Assembly: GCA_002269645.1 (NCBI GenBank)
Contig: NIVC01003997.1
Location: forward strand, 1-64,000
DNA from: Macrostomum lignano
Taxonomy: Eukaryota
Reading direction: 5' to 3'
Length of the DNA: 64,000 bases
The translations under genes were made by a program, and so were the position numbers. Shown piece by piece: positions 12,201 to 24,825 of the stretch. Position 1 is the stretch's first letter. Every line of letters starts with the position of its first letter. Below the pieces are notes generated by a model. It did not search any database and was not told the origin of the DNA. It saw nothing but the letters and a program-made list of their open reading frames with translations.

Positions 12201-15200
12201 CCTGGGGATCAGAATCCTGGGGATCAGAATCCTAGGGATCTTCTCGATCAGAATCCTGGGGATCAGAATCCTGGGGATCAGAATCCTGGGGATCAGAATC
12301 CTGAGGATCAGAATCCTGGGGATCAGAATCCTGAGGATCAGAATCCTGGGGATCAGAATCCTGGGGATCAGAATCCTAGGGATCTTCTCGATCAGAATCC
12401 TGGGGATCAGAATCCTGGGGATCAGAATCCTGGGGATCAGAATCCTGGGGATCAGAATCCTAGGGATCTTCTCGATCAGAATCGAGAAGATCAGAACCCA
12501 GGGACCAAGATCCATCCTACACATTAGGATGCAAGTGATCAGAATCCATTTGATAAGGATTTTACTGTTCTCATTACCTCAGAAGTTACCATCATAATTC
12601 AGAGAAATAATGCATGAAGGCTATTGCTTTTAATCCTATGAATAAAAATCCCTAACATGCGTTCATCTTCTCAGCTGGAAACCGGGCCGCAGCGGCCGCC
12701 TGGACCAGGAGAATCTGGATCAGCTGGTCACTGACGACCTGTGCGAATCCGGCGGCGCCGATGACGACCGCGACATCGAATTTGCGTCCGCCTTCCTGCG
12801 TTGCCTGCGCACAGAGCTGAGCTCGACGCCGGAGGCCTACTGGGAAGCGCTGCAGACAATTGGCCGGCTGGCGGAGACTCCCGACTTGGACCAGGTAGGG
12901 CGGCTGCTTGTGTTTGGTTTAACAAATCGCCCTTGTATAGCTTAGAGATTCGCCATTCAGTAGCTTAGAGAATCGCCATTCAGCAGCTTAGAGATTCGCC
13001 ATTCAGTAGCTTAGAGATTCGCCATTCAGTAGCCTAAAGAATCGCCATTCAGTAGCCTAGAGAATCGCCATTCAGTAGCCTAGAGAATCGCCATTCAGTA
13101 GCTTAGAGATTCGCCATTCAGTAGCCTAAAGAATCGCCATTCAGTAGCCTAGAGAATCGCCATTCAGTAGCTTAGAGATTCGCCATTCAGCAGCTTAGAG
13201 ATTCGCCATTCAGTAGCCTAAAGAATCGCCATTCAGTAGCCTAAAGAATCGCCATTCAGTAGCTTAGAGAATCGCCATTCAGTAGCCTAAAGAATCGCCA
13301 TTCAGTAGCCTAAAGAATCGCCATTCAGTAGCTTAGAGAATCGCCATTCAGTAGCCTAAAGAATCGCCATTCAGCAGCCTAAAGAATCGCCATTCAGCAG
13401 CTTAGAGATTCGCCATTCCGTTGCTTAGAGACTGGACTGAGGCTACTGAGATCGCCACTCCGCACACCCCTCCCTACTCAGGTGAGCTTCTACCGCTCCG
13501 CGCTGTCTGCTCTGCCCGCCCACGCCGGCTGCTCCCGCAGCATGCTGGCCGGTTTCGTCTCCGTGGAAACGGCGCTCCTCGTTGACGCCCTGCCGAACCA
13601 CCTGAGCGTGTGGCGCAACCGCTGCCTTGTCCGCAAGATTCACCGCCAACTGCGGGAGCAGCGCTGCAAATCGCCCATTGTGCTGCACAGATTTGAAAAG
13701 TCCCTGGCCCGTTGGATGTCCACGGCCAGTTCAATCCCCGACGATAACCGACTAGCCAGGCTGATTGACGATTTGGACACTACGTTCAAGTACTTTCCTT
13801 ACTGCTTGTCCGAGACTCTGTCCCAGTTTCCCGAGGTGCCCAACTTTGCCGAGTCTAGGGACGCGTTCGAGTATGTCGACTTGACGTCTTCGCAGCCTTC
13901 TGCCGCGACCACGGCATCGGCGGCGCCGTCCACTGAGGATTTCGCTCGGCGTCCCCGCGACAGCGTATTCGAATGCCTGCCGGAGAGCCTCGGCCTGCAC
14001 GAGGATCGCTCGTTAAGCTGTTCGTGCGCCTGTCACGTGACTTCTCCGACTAATCCAGCCGAGGCGCAGAAGTCCAAGGAGTCCGGTAGTTCGGCCGCGA
14101 CCATTCCGGGCGAACGTCGGGTACTTCGCCACTGCGACAACTGCGCCCTGGTGTCCAGGCATCACATGCTGCTAGTTGAAAAGCTGGAGTCCCGCCGGCT
14201 GCGACACTATGACTACGCGTGCGTGCACTTTCCGCCGGAGTTCCGTCCCAGATCGGATCTGCCACCGGCGCCTCAAGTGAGCTACACGAACTCTTGATCG
14301 TGTTCTTCCACCTCTGTGACCCTAGGTGACCTCCAGGGATCTCGTAGCCTTATGACCCCTTGGTCTCATGACCCCTTTACCTCATGACCCCTTGACCTCA
14401 TGAGCCCTGACCTCATGACCCCTTGGTCTCATGACCCCTTGACCTCATAACCCCTTGGTCTCATGAGCCCTGACCTCATGACACCTTGAGCTCATGACCG
14501 ATTGACATCATGACCCCTTGACCTCATGACCCCTTGACCTCTTGAGCCCTCGACCGCATGACCACTTGACCCCATAACCTACCTGTGTGACGTCGAGTGG
14601 ACGTCATGACTTCTTTTCTCTCTATGACCTCGAGACGTCGTCATAACCCCTTGCCTCCGGGCTCTCTATGACCTCGAAGTGATCTCGGGTCATCTGTTGA
14701 TCTTATAAATTATTTCATGACCCTTTAATCCAAAGTATGAGTAGATCTATGATCCTATGCACGTGTATAACGATGTCCGCTTCTTCAGGTGGACGCCGAG
14801 GTGGTGGTCCCCGCCTACCGGCCGGCTTCTTCGATCCAGCAGCGGCGCCAGCAACCCACTGGAGGCGTCGGCAGCGGCAGCAGCGGCGGTGGTGGCGGTG
14901 CTAGCGGCAGAGACAACACCGGAAGCGGCGGCGGCGTCGGCGGTGGCTGCGGCGGCCAGCCTCGGCATCGTCAGCAGCATCGAACCGCCGAGTCGGCCGC
15001 CCTACTCGAGGAGACCTTTGCCGTCACCATCCGGGCCGCGGCGCTGTACGCGGACGCCGAGGAAGACAACGACGAGATTTCCGCCGCCGGCGCTTCTTCC
15101 TCTGTTGACGCCGGCGCCGCCAACGCCGTCGTTGAGGTCGAATCCTCGACGACAACCCGGTGCGGCCCGGCGTCCGCCATGACGCCGCACGAATACGAGC

Positions 15201-15481
15201 TTGCCGAGCGTCGGCGGCCTCTGTTCGAACCGTCGGCGTCGAGGCGGCGCCTGGCTGACCGAGCCTGGACGGAGGCGGAGGACCGGGCGATCCTTCAGCA
15301 CTGCCAGGCCAACGGCTTCTCCTCCGGCGCTTTCCGCTGCCTGAGCGAGCGCCTGCTGGACAATCGTACGGTTGAAAGCGTCCGGCAGCGCTTCCGCTTG
15401 CTGATGCGCTCCTACCTGGCCGCCCAGGGCGCCGAGTACTCCACCTCCGATATGGACGAATTGAGCGACTGCGACGAGTGA
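6234..15481 (+). CDS. GON4L: GON-4-like / Mute / YY1AP-family protein. Exons 6234-6890, 7651-8046, 8744-9531, 10404-11801, 12675-12894, 13482-14276, 14789-15481 (exon 3/4 junction slightly uncertain)
   Basis: N-terminal LEEKADRLNL..VRRIIKEVL...YEPKLTRS, acidic tract, TRSRCPI, EDLRYNRASRIPKREVRDLLDEI, LRKQLTMYVQLL, VFTPSEDRLLLLGL, a PAH-like segment (DIEFASAFLRCLR) and a C-terminal SANT/Myb domain (WTEAEDRAILQHCQ..RTVESVRQRFRLLM). GT-AG junctions are phase-compatible. Confidence 0.88.
6933..7630. repeat. 41-bp minisatellite (GGATCAAATAGGCGGTGTCCCATCCTGGGGATCACCTGACA) filling GON4L intron 1
   Basis: Directly visible. Confidence 0.95.
8200..8690. repeat. 35-bp minisatellite (GATTGCTAGCCTATCCAACTTGTAAGGATACAATG), GON4L intron 2
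   Basis: Directly visible. Confidence 0.95.
9575..10375. repeat. 15-bp minisatellite (TGTGGGATCAGAATC and variants), GON4L intron 3
   Basis: Directly visible; 5-codon periodicity in overlapping ORFs. Confidence 0.95.
11830..12510. repeat. 15/16-bp minisatellite (CTGGGGATCAGAATC), GON4L intron 4
   Basis: Directly visible. Confidence 0.95.
12940..13435. repeat. 23-bp minisatellite (TTAGAGAATCGCCATTCAGTAGC), GON4L intron 5
   Basis: Directly visible. Confidence 0.95.
14330..14680. repeat. Degenerate about 16-bp minisatellite (GACCCCTTGACCTCAT), GON4L intron 6
   Basis: Directly visible, with diverged units. Confidence 0.85.
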
Positions 15482-15571
15482 CCCGAGTCTCGGATACGAA
15501 CTGTGACGTACTTTTATTGCTGTACTTTCCGTTCTAATGGTCTGTTTCATCTGTGTCATCACTCTGTTTCA

Positions 15572-16760
15572 GGCCGATTTCAATCTAGTTTATGAAGGCC
15601 GATTTCAATCTAGTTTATGAAGGCCGATTCCTAGCTAGTTATGAAGGCCGATTCCTAGCTAGTTATGAAGGCCGATTCCTAATTAGTTATGAAGGCCGAT
15701 TCCTAGCTAGTTATGAAGGCCGATTTCAATCTAGTTTATGAAGGCCGATTCCTAGCTAGTTATGAAGGCCGATTTCAATCTAGTTTATGAAGGCCGATTC
15801 CTAGCTAGTTATGAAGGCCGATTCCTAGCTAGTTATGAAGGCCGATTCCTAATTAGTTATGAAGGCCGATTCCTAGCTAGTTATGAAGGCCGATTTCAAT
15901 CTAGTTTATGAAGGCCGATTCCTAGCTAGTTATGAAGGCCGATTCCTAATTAGTTATGAAGGCCGATTCCTAGCTAGTTATGAAGGCCGATTTCAATCTA
16001 GTTTATGAAGGCCGATTCCTAATTAGTTATGAAGGCCGATTCCTAATTAGTTATGAAGGCCGATTCCTAGCTAGTTATGAAGGCCGATTCCTAGCTAGTT
16101 ATGAAGGCCGATTCCTAGCTAGTTATGAAGGCCGATTCCTAGCTAGTTATGAAGGCCGATTCCTAGCTAGTTATGAAGGCCGATTCCTAGCTAGTTATAA
16201 AGGCCGATTCCTAGCTAGTTATGAAGGCCGATTCCTAGCTAGTTATGAAGGCCGATTCCTAGCTAGTTATGAAGGCCGATTCCTAGCTAGTTATGAAGGC
16301 CGATTCCTAGCTAGTTATGAAGGCCGATTCCTAGCTAGTTATGAAGGCCGATTCCTAGCTAGTTATGAAGGCCGATTCCTAGCTAGTTATGAAGGCCGAT
16401 TCCTAGCTAGTTATAAAGGCCGATTCCTAGCTAGTTATAAAGGCCGATTCCTAGCTAGTTATAAAGGCCGATTCCTAGCTAGTTATGAAGGCCGATTCCT
16501 AGCTAGTTATAAAGGCCGATTCCTAGCTAGTTATAAAGGCCGATTCCTAGCTAGTTATAAAGGCCGATTCCTAGCTAGTTATGAAGGCCGATTCCTAGCT
16601 AGTTATGAAGGCCGATTCCTAGCTAGTTATGAAGGCCGATTCCTAGCTAGTTATAAAGGCCGATTCCTAGCTAGTTATGAAGGCCGATTCCTAGCTAGTT
16701 ATGAAGGCCGATTTCTGAAGTTTTTTAAGGCTGATTCCTACAAATTTATTTAGGCCGATT
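15572..16760. repeat. 24-bp minisatellite (GAAGGCCGATTCCTAGCTAGTTAT) downstream of GON4L
   Basis: Directly visible; 8-codon periodicity (YEGRFLAS). Confidence 0.97.
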
Positions 16761-17364
16761 AAAAAATCCTCAAAAGTTCTATTATTACTCTTGTAGTTTT
16801 GCGACCCCAAATCAAGCACTTCGGTTGATAATTGTGTTGCTGTGTCTGCTGCACTATTTACAGTTAAACTGAATGCGCCACTTAATATCGCGTTTGTTTA
16901 AGTCACTCCGTGCGGTCTGTTAATATGCTGATAGCGCGAGTGCGAGACCGTTTATGCAATTTATAATATTTTGCCCTTATTGTTATTCAGGTTTAAATAG
17001 AAAGCATTTTTCTGCAATAGTAACGAGCAGTTCCTTGTGCATTGAGTCTGTCTGTGTGTGCTCAATTGTATCCAGCTGACGCTCCTCACTGAGTCCCAGA
17101 GTGCTGACTGATAATTCCGTCATATTCTTTTCGTTGTCAATACATTTTACATTGTTCATCCCGCTTGCACTCTTGCATATTGCATCTGTACTCGTACAAG
17201 CGTCATTTCAATTCAGTTTTGTCTGTGCACATTTGTGTTTGTGGCAGAAGTGCACAGACAAACTAAACTTTATCATTAATTAATTTTCTACTCATATTCT
17301 TTACAGAAAATAGAAAACAGACTCAAAAGGTGGAAAATACAGACACAAGAATTGATAAAATTGA

Positions 17365-17975
17365 CACAAGTGTAGATGGAAAGGACAGACAAGTATAGAT
17401 GGAAAGGACAGACACAAGTATAGATGGAAAGGACAGACAAGTATAGATGGAAAGGACAGACGGGTATAGATGGAAAGGACAGACACAAGTATAGATGGAA
17501 AGGACAGACAAGTATAGATGGAAAGCACAGACACAAGTATAGATGGGAAGGACAGACACAAGTATAGATGGAAAGGACAGACACAAGTATAGATGGAAAG
17601 GACAGACACAAGTATAGATGGAAAGGACAGACAAGTATAGATGGAAAGGACAGACAAGTATAGATGGAAAGGACAGACACAAGTATAGATGGAAAGGACA
17701 GACACAAGTATAGATGGAAAGGACAGACACAAGTATAGATGGAAAGGACAGACACAAGTATAGATGGAAAGGACAGACAAGTATAGATGGAAAGGACAGA
17801 CACAAGTATAGATGGAAAGGACAGACACAAGTATAGATGGAAAGGACAGACACAAGTATAGATGGAAAGGACAGACACAAGTATAGATGGAAAGGACAGA
17901 CAAGTATAGATGGAAAGGACAGACAAGTATAGATGGAAACGACAGACACAAGTATAGATGGAAACGACAGACACA
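17365..17975. repeat. 23/25-bp minisatellite (GGAAAGGACAGAC(AC)AAGTATAGAT)
   Basis: Directly visible. Confidence 0.95.
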
Positions 17976-18374
17976 CAGTTCCCATGCGATCGCCCGCCCT
18001 CACCCAGCCAGTTCACTATAGATTTTCAGACTTACATGTATCTCCATGCAGTTTCAACGCAGCAGCCGTGTGAGGGATTGGGAGCGCGCACAGCTGGCTC
18101 TCCTATTCAGATTCCTAGGTTGAAAGTCGAAATGTGCTGCTGCTGGGGTGGAAGCGCTTGACTAAGGCTTGGAGAGAAAAATGGCTGCTGGCTCTCTCCC
18201 TGCTTGACCTTTTCTTCGCTACTACCGTGGAGGCAGAGCCCGCGGGCCTCCAGCCCGCCAGCCCTCTAGCTGTACACGGAAGTCGGGAAAGTTGATGACT
18301 TTAGAAGCTGTGTCATCCCTTGCCATTTTGTTCGCCTTAAACCCTGCCTTACGTGGAACGGTCGCGTTGTTAAA

Positions 18375-18805
18375 AAAGAATATAATAATAGTACATTGTG
18401 CACACGAGGGCGGAAAGCCTTCCAACTAACTTCTGCCAGGTGCGAAAGTGACTTCAGTAGGATTGGGTTTTGGGAACTGTGCTGGTATAGCTGACATTCT
18501 TCTGTGTTTATCTCGTTTCAAACGCAGCTCACACACAGGACTTTTCTCAACTTCGAAGAGTCCCCGAATGAGGCGTAGACATAGATCTTAGGTTGCAGGT
18601 CAAGGTCGTGCACCATCAGGCATATACGCTCGTACACGCTAAGGACCTTGGAAAGGTTGGTCTGAAAGCAGGCGAGGTTTGAAAATTGTTGCAGGAGCTC
18701 TGAGACTGGAGCTCCAAATTAAAGTGGCCCACGCGCGGAATCGAACCCGGGTACGTTAGGCGCAAGAGCCAAGCGCGTTTACGTCCGAACTCCTCCTGCT
18801 GGGCC
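18375..18805 (-). mobile_element. Possible tRNA-derived SINE or tRNA pseudogene (head about 18725-18805) with downstream body and (ATT)-rich tail
   Basis: The minus strand reads GGCCCAG...CCCGGGTTCGATTCC...TGGGCCA: a perfect B box, a 6-bp acceptor-like stem, and degenerate D and anticodon arms. Only one copy in the window, and the body extent is inferred. Confidence 0.5.
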
Positions 18806-21360
18806 CCTGCCGAGACACTATATAAGGTAGTGTGAAAAATAGCTCCATTTTGCATTATGCTACTTTTTAGTAGCCGTAGTGAAATTTAAGTCTTAGCTCG
18901 TACCCGGTTCCGAAATTACATATGATATGGTTAAATACTTTTTAACAAGTATTGGGTTGCGGCTGAGTGCAAATTAGGCAACTCATGCCCGACTTTAGCT
19001 TCCGTCAGAATTGGCTGAGGCAATAACAGCAGTTCTTCGGTGGTCCTAGTCCTAGCCTCCACCTGCAGGGCCGAGCGGCCATGTAATGCTTATGGCTCAA
19101 TAAGACCAATAATATAGTCGATTCTGTTTCCACAACCATTCCAGAACCATTTAGAAAACCAAAACGTTTAACCGTTATCTGTTTATAACTTTTTAGAGGT
19201 GGAGACGTACTATATGGATTTCTTACTTCACCACATACTTTTTATATGGCTAAAACACTGTATATTAGAACAGAAGCTGGTGCTGTTGTACTGATTATTC
19301 TTAGATGATTCTGGTTCTGGTAATCGCAACGTTTCGAAGATTCCGCAATTATTTGTCTTCTAGAACCGGTACTTAAAACAAAAGTTACATGTAGAATATA
19401 CATTTATTGCTATAAAAACGCACACGCAATTAGACTCTGTGAGTAGTGAATACTATTTTTTATAAACAAGCATTATCTAAGTTACTTAATTGGAGTTTAT
19501 ATTCGAATTTAGTGTATGCACACGCGTCACACAATTCGGAGCTTAAAATTCATATTGCCTGTTCCGTTTTCAGAACTGTGTTCTGGTTCTGGAATTGGGA
19601 TCGGGAAATTTTCTCGATCCTTTGTCATGTTTTCACTGTAACAGTAAATAATATTTAAAATCGTCTTTTTTCACTATTATTATCAATATTATTTTGTCAT
19701 ATCTAGGAGTAAACAAAGTCAAAGAAAGACAAGGGGACAAGATTAAAATTACAACTGTAAAGACTGAAAAAACATTTAAAATAGGTTCGACACATATTAT
19801 TTTACTATCCTACTCAAGAACTAAGCCTAATCAAGTAAATTTTTGAATTTTTGAAAAGCATTTAATTTTTTGTACCAAGTATAAAAATTATAAATTTCAT
19901 TAGGCCTAGGTTTAATAAAGTCAAAAATTTAGTTAAAATACGACCACACACACACAGACAGACCATTTTTAGTATATGGAAATTCATTTTCAGTGAGAGA
20001 GAGCCCAGCCATTTCAAGCTTGGCTTGACTTCGAATTAGCATTGCAATTGAAAAAGAAGTGGTCAATGAGTTAAAAAATATCTAAAGAAGTATTTTTTTC
20101 CAATTTGATTTATTTTATGATAGTGAAGTAGAAAGAATTATGTGCTGTATATATTACTGATAAGTAGAGCATCTAATGAAAAGGAATACATAATAATAGA
20201 TACATAATAATATACATCGAATACAGAGGCCATGACCCTCTAATATTGGGAATGCCCAGGACTAGAAGTAATATGTACATTTTTAATTCAAAGTAATTTT
20301 ATAGAAAGCCTATAGCAATAAAAATTGCCAGATACTCTAATATTCTTAGTTGCTAAAAACTTAATATAATTATGCATAAATATTTTTGAGCTATAGTTTT
20401 ATTTTTGTTTAAAATGAGAATAATTAATACTATTTTAAAAGACATGTTTTGTGAGAAAGTTTTCTTAGAAAACTAACTTGCAAAGTCTAATGACTTTTTT
20501 AAGGAGAAATTTCAGTGTACCAACTAGGCCTACCATTATTTTTTCTGGCATAATATATTGTACCATTTGGACTATGGACTCTGAGCTAAAAGAGCAAAGT
20601 ATTAATATATACTTTGAAAAAAAGTCATATGTTATATTGCTAAAAATTGCTATTTCCATTAAAATGGCCACATAGATATGGGTCCTATAAAACTCTTTTA
20701 TCTTAAGGCACTATGCTCTATGGGCTTCTAGATAAGAAGCCACCAATGCTATATACCTCATTGCTATTTAGGTAAAAGATTTTGTAAGCTGTTCTAATGA
20801 GGTGCAATGTGCCTAAGGTAATTGGCAAAAATGCCTATCTGGAAAAGTATATATACAACTAACTGGCTAACAAGGCATTTAGAGTTAATAATACAGTTAT
20901 AGTTACTCCTGCCATTTACCCAAAGTTATGTTAATTTTGCTTAGGTTTCTTTCATAGGTAAGTTGCATTTTTGGTTAATGTAAAAGTCCCATGGCTGATA
21001 TAAATCAGGGGGTTTGCGCATGTATGCTAACTACCATATGCTCATAGCATGCAATGTTGTCACAATATTCACATTAAGTTCAGCTAATGGCTAGTCAAAA
21101 TAAATTCATATTAATGAGTGATTGCCTTGATAGTTTGTTAATTGAAAGGGATACAACCTAGGGACACCACGTGGTGGAAATATGTATGTACATATGTATA
21201 GTTAGTCAACCTGGTCTATTTCATCACTTGATTATGTATGGATACCTTAAATTAGGTCTTTCTACATAAGTTTTATAGACTAAAGAATTTTCTGTAAAAG
21301 TCATTCAACATTCGTTCTCCATTCACACTGCAGTGCTAGTCCACCCCACACAACAACAAA

Positions 21361-22799
21361 ATGAACATCTTTCGCCTCATTGGCGACATGAGCCATCTGG
21401 CTGCTATTCTGATCTTGCTGGCCAAAATCTGGCAAACTAGATCTGTCAGCGGGATATCAGGCAAATCTCAAGTGCTGTTTGGTCTGGTGTTTGTAACTCG
21501 CTATCTGGATTTGTTCACCAGCTTTGTGTCCATCTACAACAGCGTTATGAAGGTGAGATTAGAGCAGTCAGGTGTGATCCTTAGCTCACTGCTGCCCCCT
21601 CCCTCAGCTCACTGTTATTCTCTCCTTCAGGTCACTTCTATCCCCTCCTTCAGGTCACTGCTATCCCCTCCTTCAGGTCACTTCTTTCCCCTCCTTCAGG
21701 TCACTTCTATCCCCTCCTTCAGGTCACTTCTATCCCCTCCTTCAGGTCACTTCCATCCCCTCCTTCAGGTCACTGCTATCCTCTCCTTCAGGTCACTTCT
21801 ATCCCCTCCTTCAGGTCACTTCTATCCCCTCCTTCAGGTCACTTCTATCCCCTCCTTCAGGTCACTGCTATCCTCTCCTTCAGGTCACTTCTATCCCCTC
21901 CTTCAGGTCACTTCTATCCCCTCCCTCAGCTCACTGCTGCCCTCTCCCTCAGCTCACTGTTATCCTCTCCTTCAGGTCACTTCTATCCCCTCCTTCATGT
22001 CACTGCTATCCCCTCCTTCAGGTCACTTCTATCCCCTCCTTCAGGTCACTGCTATCCCCTCCTTCAGGTCACTTCTATCCCCTCCTTCAGGTCACTGCTA
22101 TCCCCTCCTTCAGGTCACTTCTATCCCCTCCTTCAGGTCACTGCTATCCCCTCCTTCAGGTCACTGCTATCCCCTCCTTCAGGTCACTTCTATCCCCCCC
22201 CCCTCCTTCAGGTCACTGCTGCCCCCTCCCTCAGCTCACTGCTGCCCCCTCCCTCAGCTCACTGTTATCCACTCCTTCAGATCACTGCAATCCCATTTTG
22301 GCTAAAATTCAAGAACTCAACCTTTTCTTACGCACCAAAATATCCCAAACAGATAGTGTTCATCTTTGCCACCTGGCTAACCGTGTCCCTAATCTATTGG
22401 AAATTCCGTTCCACTTACGACGGCAATCACGACACGTTTCGAGCCGAACTACTAGTAGTAGTCTCCGCCGGCCTATCCGTGCTATTGAACCACCAGCTGG
22501 CCCCGCTGGAGGTGCTGTGGACTTTCAGCATCTACCTGGAGTCCGTGGCCATCCTGCCGCAGCTGTTTCTCATTAGCAAAACTGGGTCGGCAGACACCAT
22601 CACGTCTCACTACCTGTTCGGCCTGGGCTCCTACCGGGCTTTCTACATACTGAACTGGATCTACCGCTACATGGTTGAGGACTTCTTCGATCCTATCGCC
22701 GTGGTGGCTGGCTGCGTTCAGACCATCCTGTATGCCGACTTCTTCTATATCTACGTGACCAAAGTGGTTCGCGGAAAATCCACTCAGATTGAAGTTTAG
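21361..22799 (+). CDS. KDELR: ER lumen protein-retaining receptor (KDEL receptor/ERD2), 212 aa. Exons 21361-21552, 22353-22799
   Basis: [16 protein letters not shown]...[20 protein letters not shown]...YNSVMK|IVFI...[10 protein letters not shown]...[17 protein letters not shown]...[24 protein letters not shown]. Phase-0 GT-AG intron; full length. Confidence 0.98.
21570..22285. repeat. 23-bp minisatellite (CAGGTCACTGCTATCCCCTCCTT) filling the KDELR intron
   Basis: Directly visible. Confidence 0.95.
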
Positions 22800-24329
22800 A
22801 GCGGGACAGATAATCTCAACAATAAACTACCGAATTAAGGAGCAAATTAGACCGAAATTTCAATCGTATAAATTCGCTAATCGGATTCTTTCTTGTCTTC
22901 CCTGCTTAAGGTGTTGTCCGTACGTTTGACTCAAAAATCTTTATATATTTCCTACTTGTTAGACTGCACTGAATTCTTAGAATCCAATACCCCAACTCGC
23001 TTTAATAGCAGTTGTGTCAAATATTGTTTTGTATTATGAGTTAAAACTAATAATATTCTTTTTATCATTAAATACACGACTAACTGTTTGTTTAAGTGCA
23101 CTGGTTTCTTGGAAAGTATATTTATTCTTTTTCAAATTCCCCGCCGGTGTTAGCAGTCCAGTTTATCTCGCTAATCGCTGTGTAAAATACGAATGCGCTT
23201 CCCCTGTTTGCTCAGTTGGTGTCCAGCTGGTCTTTTCTCGATATAAGAAATTGGCTTTGATTTAATTTAGCTTCGCGCGGTCGCTCTACTCTTCCTTCCT
23301 CTGCGTTTCTAGTCCGTAATTGGAGTTTTTGTTTGTTTTTACAAATCCTGTTCGCTTCAGTCGCCTTATTATCTGCTCATTGATGGCATATCATTAGGCT
23401 TATATCGTCTCTTTATTGTTTTGCCTGATTCGCTTTAGGAATTTGAATTATTTTAAATCTCAGAAGGCTCTCATTATCCCCACAGTGAGTAGTATGCAGT
23501 GCAAATTTATTTATATAGAATGGACAGAATTCTCAGTTGTCACCACGTTGGTTGGCCTTGTGCGGTAACTGCTACTAAATGTTAAAAGATTTGACTTTTT
23601 TGTTCTTCAAATTGGGTCGCTTATTAACGATAGAACTACCCGAGGGGTAAAGTGTGAATTGCACGACAACCCACCGTCCGATTTTCGAGCACAAGCCACA
23701 AATGAATGTTGCTGCGCGCGGGTCTAATTTATTTTTTTCTTGTGTCTTGGCGCTTGCACTCAAATGCCGGTTCTGGAATCCTGCATGTCCTGTGGCCAAT
23801 TCAAAGCCGGTGCATACTACTTACTGATTTTAAGTAGAGAAATCCAGACATTGTCGCCGCAGCGGGGCCCGCTGGTCAGAGAGAGACAGTAAGCTTGACA
23901 GCTTTGCAAGCAAGGTGCTTCAAGTCGCAATACTTAAATTCCGTTCATTCCATATTTTCTATATCTGGTAATCCTATCTGCGCCCCTTGGCGTTGCCTTG
24001 TTGCGAATTCCCTTTGCCAGCGGAAACTCTCTCCGCCTCTCGGTTTGGTTTCCAAGGCGTTGCGGCGTCCGTCCAAGGAGACTTTGAAACTTGAATCAAG
24101 GTCTAGATTGCCAATTCTTCCCTAAAACGAAAAAATGACTGCAGTTTTCTGCCAAGTTTTAAAAGCCCTTCGAAGAAATTTCGATGTCACCACTTTTATT
24201 TTTTAGATTTGCGCAGTCGTGATGTGGTATAGTTTTTATTCAGACATTTGACGGCTTGTTGCCGGCACAATATTAAATGATTGCGGCTAAAATCTTAGCA
24301 GCTTCATAATTTCCCTTTGATATTTGCAA

Positions 24330-24825
24330 AATCTTTGTCTGTGGCGCTAAATTGGCGCTGAAATCTTGTGTGTGGCGCTAAATTGACGCTAGAATCTTTG
24401 TCTGTGGCGCTAAATTAGCGCTAAAATCTTGTATGTGGCGCTAAATTGACGCTAGAATCTTTGTCTGTGGCGCTAAAATCTTTGTCTGTGGCGCTAAATT
24501 AGCGCTAAAATCTTGTATGTGGCGCTAAATTGACGCTAGAATCTTTGTCTGTGGCGCTAAATTGGCGCTAAAATCTGTATGTGGCGCTAAATTGACGCTA
24601 GAATCTTTGTGGCGCTAAATTAGCGCTAAAACCTTTGTCTGTGGCGCTAAATTAGCGCTAAAATCTTGTATGTGGCGCTAAATTGACGCTAGAATCTTTG
24701 TCTGTGGCGCTAATTAGCGCTAAAATCTTGTATGTGGCGCTAAATTGACGCTAGAATCTTTGTCTGTGGCGCTAAATTAGCGCTAAAACCTTTGTATGTG
24801 GCGCTAAATTAGCGCTAAAATATTC
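24330..24825. repeat. Compound minisatellite built from GGCGCTAAATT/TTAGCGCTAA subunits
   Basis: Directly visible. Confidence 0.9.

Noticed and set aside
18725-18805. Functional tRNA gene (including tRNA-Sec because of the upstream TATA-like motif)
   Set aside because: The T stem and anticodon stem are mispaired, there are extra bases before the D arm, and there is no TCA anticodon.
19600-21250. AT-rich block with a minus-strand frame containing PYLCGHFNGNS, faintly like a LINE endonuclease GDFN motif
   Set aside because: Stop density is about random and no other APE or RT motifs are recognisable; cannot be supported without a profile search.
21361-22305. 314-aa ORF suggesting a long-tailed KDELR isoform
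   Set aside because: The frame stays open only because the C/T-rich 23-bp unit has no stops; splicing gives the canonical 212-aa protein.
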